A stretch of 64,000 nt of DNA. Source: Callorhinchus milii (taxonomy: Eukaryota). Each line of letters starts with the position of its first letter. Within the stretch, counting starts at the first letter, position 1. This document shows positions 62,196-64,000 of this stretch, piece after piece. The stretch lies in the NCBI RefSeq assembly GCF_018977255.1, contig NW_024704751.1, positions 7,006,001-7,070,000 on the forward strand, written 5' to 3'. The notes under the pieces were generated by a model. That model had not been told where the DNA came from and did not search any database. It worked only from the letters and a program-made list of their open reading frames with translations. The position numbers and the translations under genes were made by a program.

Positions 62196-62504
62196 GTTTG
62201 TGGCTTACGTTGTACTTCGTCCCTGAGGAAATCTCGTGGTGGGGTGCGGGGAGGGGAGCAGAGGGATTATTCTACACGCAAGCACAGATATACACACACG
62301 CACACACTCACCCACACACGCAGTCTTGCGGAGTTTATTTGGAGACGGTGGTGAGCCACGGTTTCTCCGCCTGTGGAGTCGTGCACCTTCTCACGCTTGT
62401 TGATATATTTTTCTTTGGCACCAAGTCAGTTTTGTCGAGCGTTTCGAGACGTTTGTTTCTTCGTGAACGAAAGACGCGGAATAAAGTCACAGCCGTTGTT
62501 GGGG

Positions 62505-62665
62505 TCATTCAAGACCTACCTCTTTGATCGCGCTTTCGGTCATCCTTCCCCTCTCCAACCCCAGCTCAGGGGCCGAGCCGTTATTGCTTAAAGGCGCCTT
62601 GGGGTGTCCTCCCGACGCGAAAGGCGCCACATAAATGTATTTTGTTGTTGTTATTGTTATTGTTG
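62505..62665 (+). mobile_element. L2 LINE 3' end with (TTG)n tail
   Basis: ttcaagacctacctctttgatcgcgctttcggtcatcc...aaaggcgcc..ataaatg..ttgttgttg. Confidence 0.65.
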
Positions 62666-64000
62666 GACCAGTGTTGTTGGGAGTTTGTCGAGGGCTGATC
62701 TAAGCTCTTGTTCCGGGTGGTAAAGGTATTAATGATGGTGGTTGGTTGTTGAGTGGATCAGTGAGAATATCAATGAGTTGATCAATCGGAATCTCAATGA
62801 GTGGATCAATGATTGCCATCGGGAAATATTAAGTGACGAGAGTCTGAGCTGACAGAAAACTGCCGATGATGGGCAGAGAAACAGCCTTGTGGTCAGTTTG
62901 CAGAAGGAGGCCATTCAGCCCATTATTACCTGTGCTAGTGCTCACTCCCACCCCCAACCACACTGAAGCTCTCTACTCTAATCCCATTCCCTTTGCTCAC
63001 TCCCCATCATGTCTGTGTGCTGGTGCTCGATCCCCACTGGAGCTCTCTACTCTAATCCCATTCCCCCTTTGATCCAATATCTCCCTGTATATTTATCCAA
63101 TTCCCTCTTTAACTAATTACCGTCACGGACGTGGTTTCAGCAGGCACTTGTGTTCAGTTGGTTGGCATTGTGACAGCTCTCTTTGTGTAAGGCCGTGCGC
63201 TGTTTACCTCCCCTTTGTTTTGTTGCTTGTGACAATCACCAGCAGAGCCTAACCTTGAGGCGAGGAGAAGGAACAAGTGTCCAACACTGTGTTCCAACTG
63301 TGTTCTTCTTTGGCTTCAATACCCTCGCTGCTCTTCGCCTCGTGCTATTTGCTTTGGACAGAGCGAGCTCATAACTCTTCTCTCCCTGCTGCTTGTCCCC
63401 CCACCCCCACAGCACGGCCGGGGTGGGTGGTTGGGTTGGACGGCTGTGTCAGGAGCTGTGCATGCTGTGCTAAGTGTTTTTTTAAAATCGAATTTCTTTA
63501 TGTCTGCCGCAGGTTATCATTGAGGTGGGCCAGAATGCGGAGGCCTCCCAACCTCTCGTCCCACCACGGATTTGCTCTCTCCCCCCCACTCCCCCCCCCC
63601 CACCCACACACACACTTTTTCCTCTCCTCTGCCTTTCTTTCCTTCCTTCCTTCCTTTGGAGCTGTCGATTTTCCGACATGATGTGAATAAAATCGTTCAA
63701 CTGTGCCCAAAGCTCTTCGTGTGTCTCTGCCTCTCTTTCTCGACACGGTCAGAAAGATCCACCACAGTTTGGTTTGGTCATAGAGCATCCGATGAGTTGA
63801 ACAGCCTCCTCCTGTTTGCTGTGTTAGTGAGTAGAGAAGCCTTTGATTCTTTAGCCTTGGACACAGAGGAGTGTCTCCCAGGGTCGGGTGGGGGGGGGGA
63901 GAAACTCTTGTTTTTGTCTGTAAGTGCTAAACAAAACTGAGAAAGTAAACCCCCCCCCCACCCAGCCAGCAACCCCCTGTCTATTATAATAATATTATTA

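Overview
Eukaryotic, vertebrate genomic DNA. The SINE/LINE repertoire suggests a cartilaginous fish, probably a chimaera/elephant-shark relative (inference). Four spliced protein-coding genes lie in tandem on the + strand: KCTD7 (exons 2-4; exon 1 is upstream of the window), complete RABGEF1/Rabex-5 (8 core coding exons, 486 aa, plus a candidate 120-nt cassette exon), complete TMEM248 (6 coding exons, 314 aa), and the 5' part of RPH3AL/Noc2 (7 coding exons, still open at the window end). Exon boundaries were read manually from GT/AG sites and phase. Non-coding DNA contains two tRNA-derived SINE families sharing an L2-type 3' tail, L2 and CR1 fragments, a Penelope-type fragment with a decayed hammerhead-like motif, a small MITE, an unclassified ~200-bp repeat, G/C-rich minisatellites beside the CpG-island promoters, and two assembly gaps. 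Most ORF-track entries are spurious. I found no convincing wholly new system. The best leads are a possibly unsplit rabphilin-like RPH3AL(-DOC2B) gene, in-frame KCTD7-RABGEF1 read-through, alternative RABGEF1 exons, a young inverted SINE pair around one RPH3AL exon, and the hammerhead relic.
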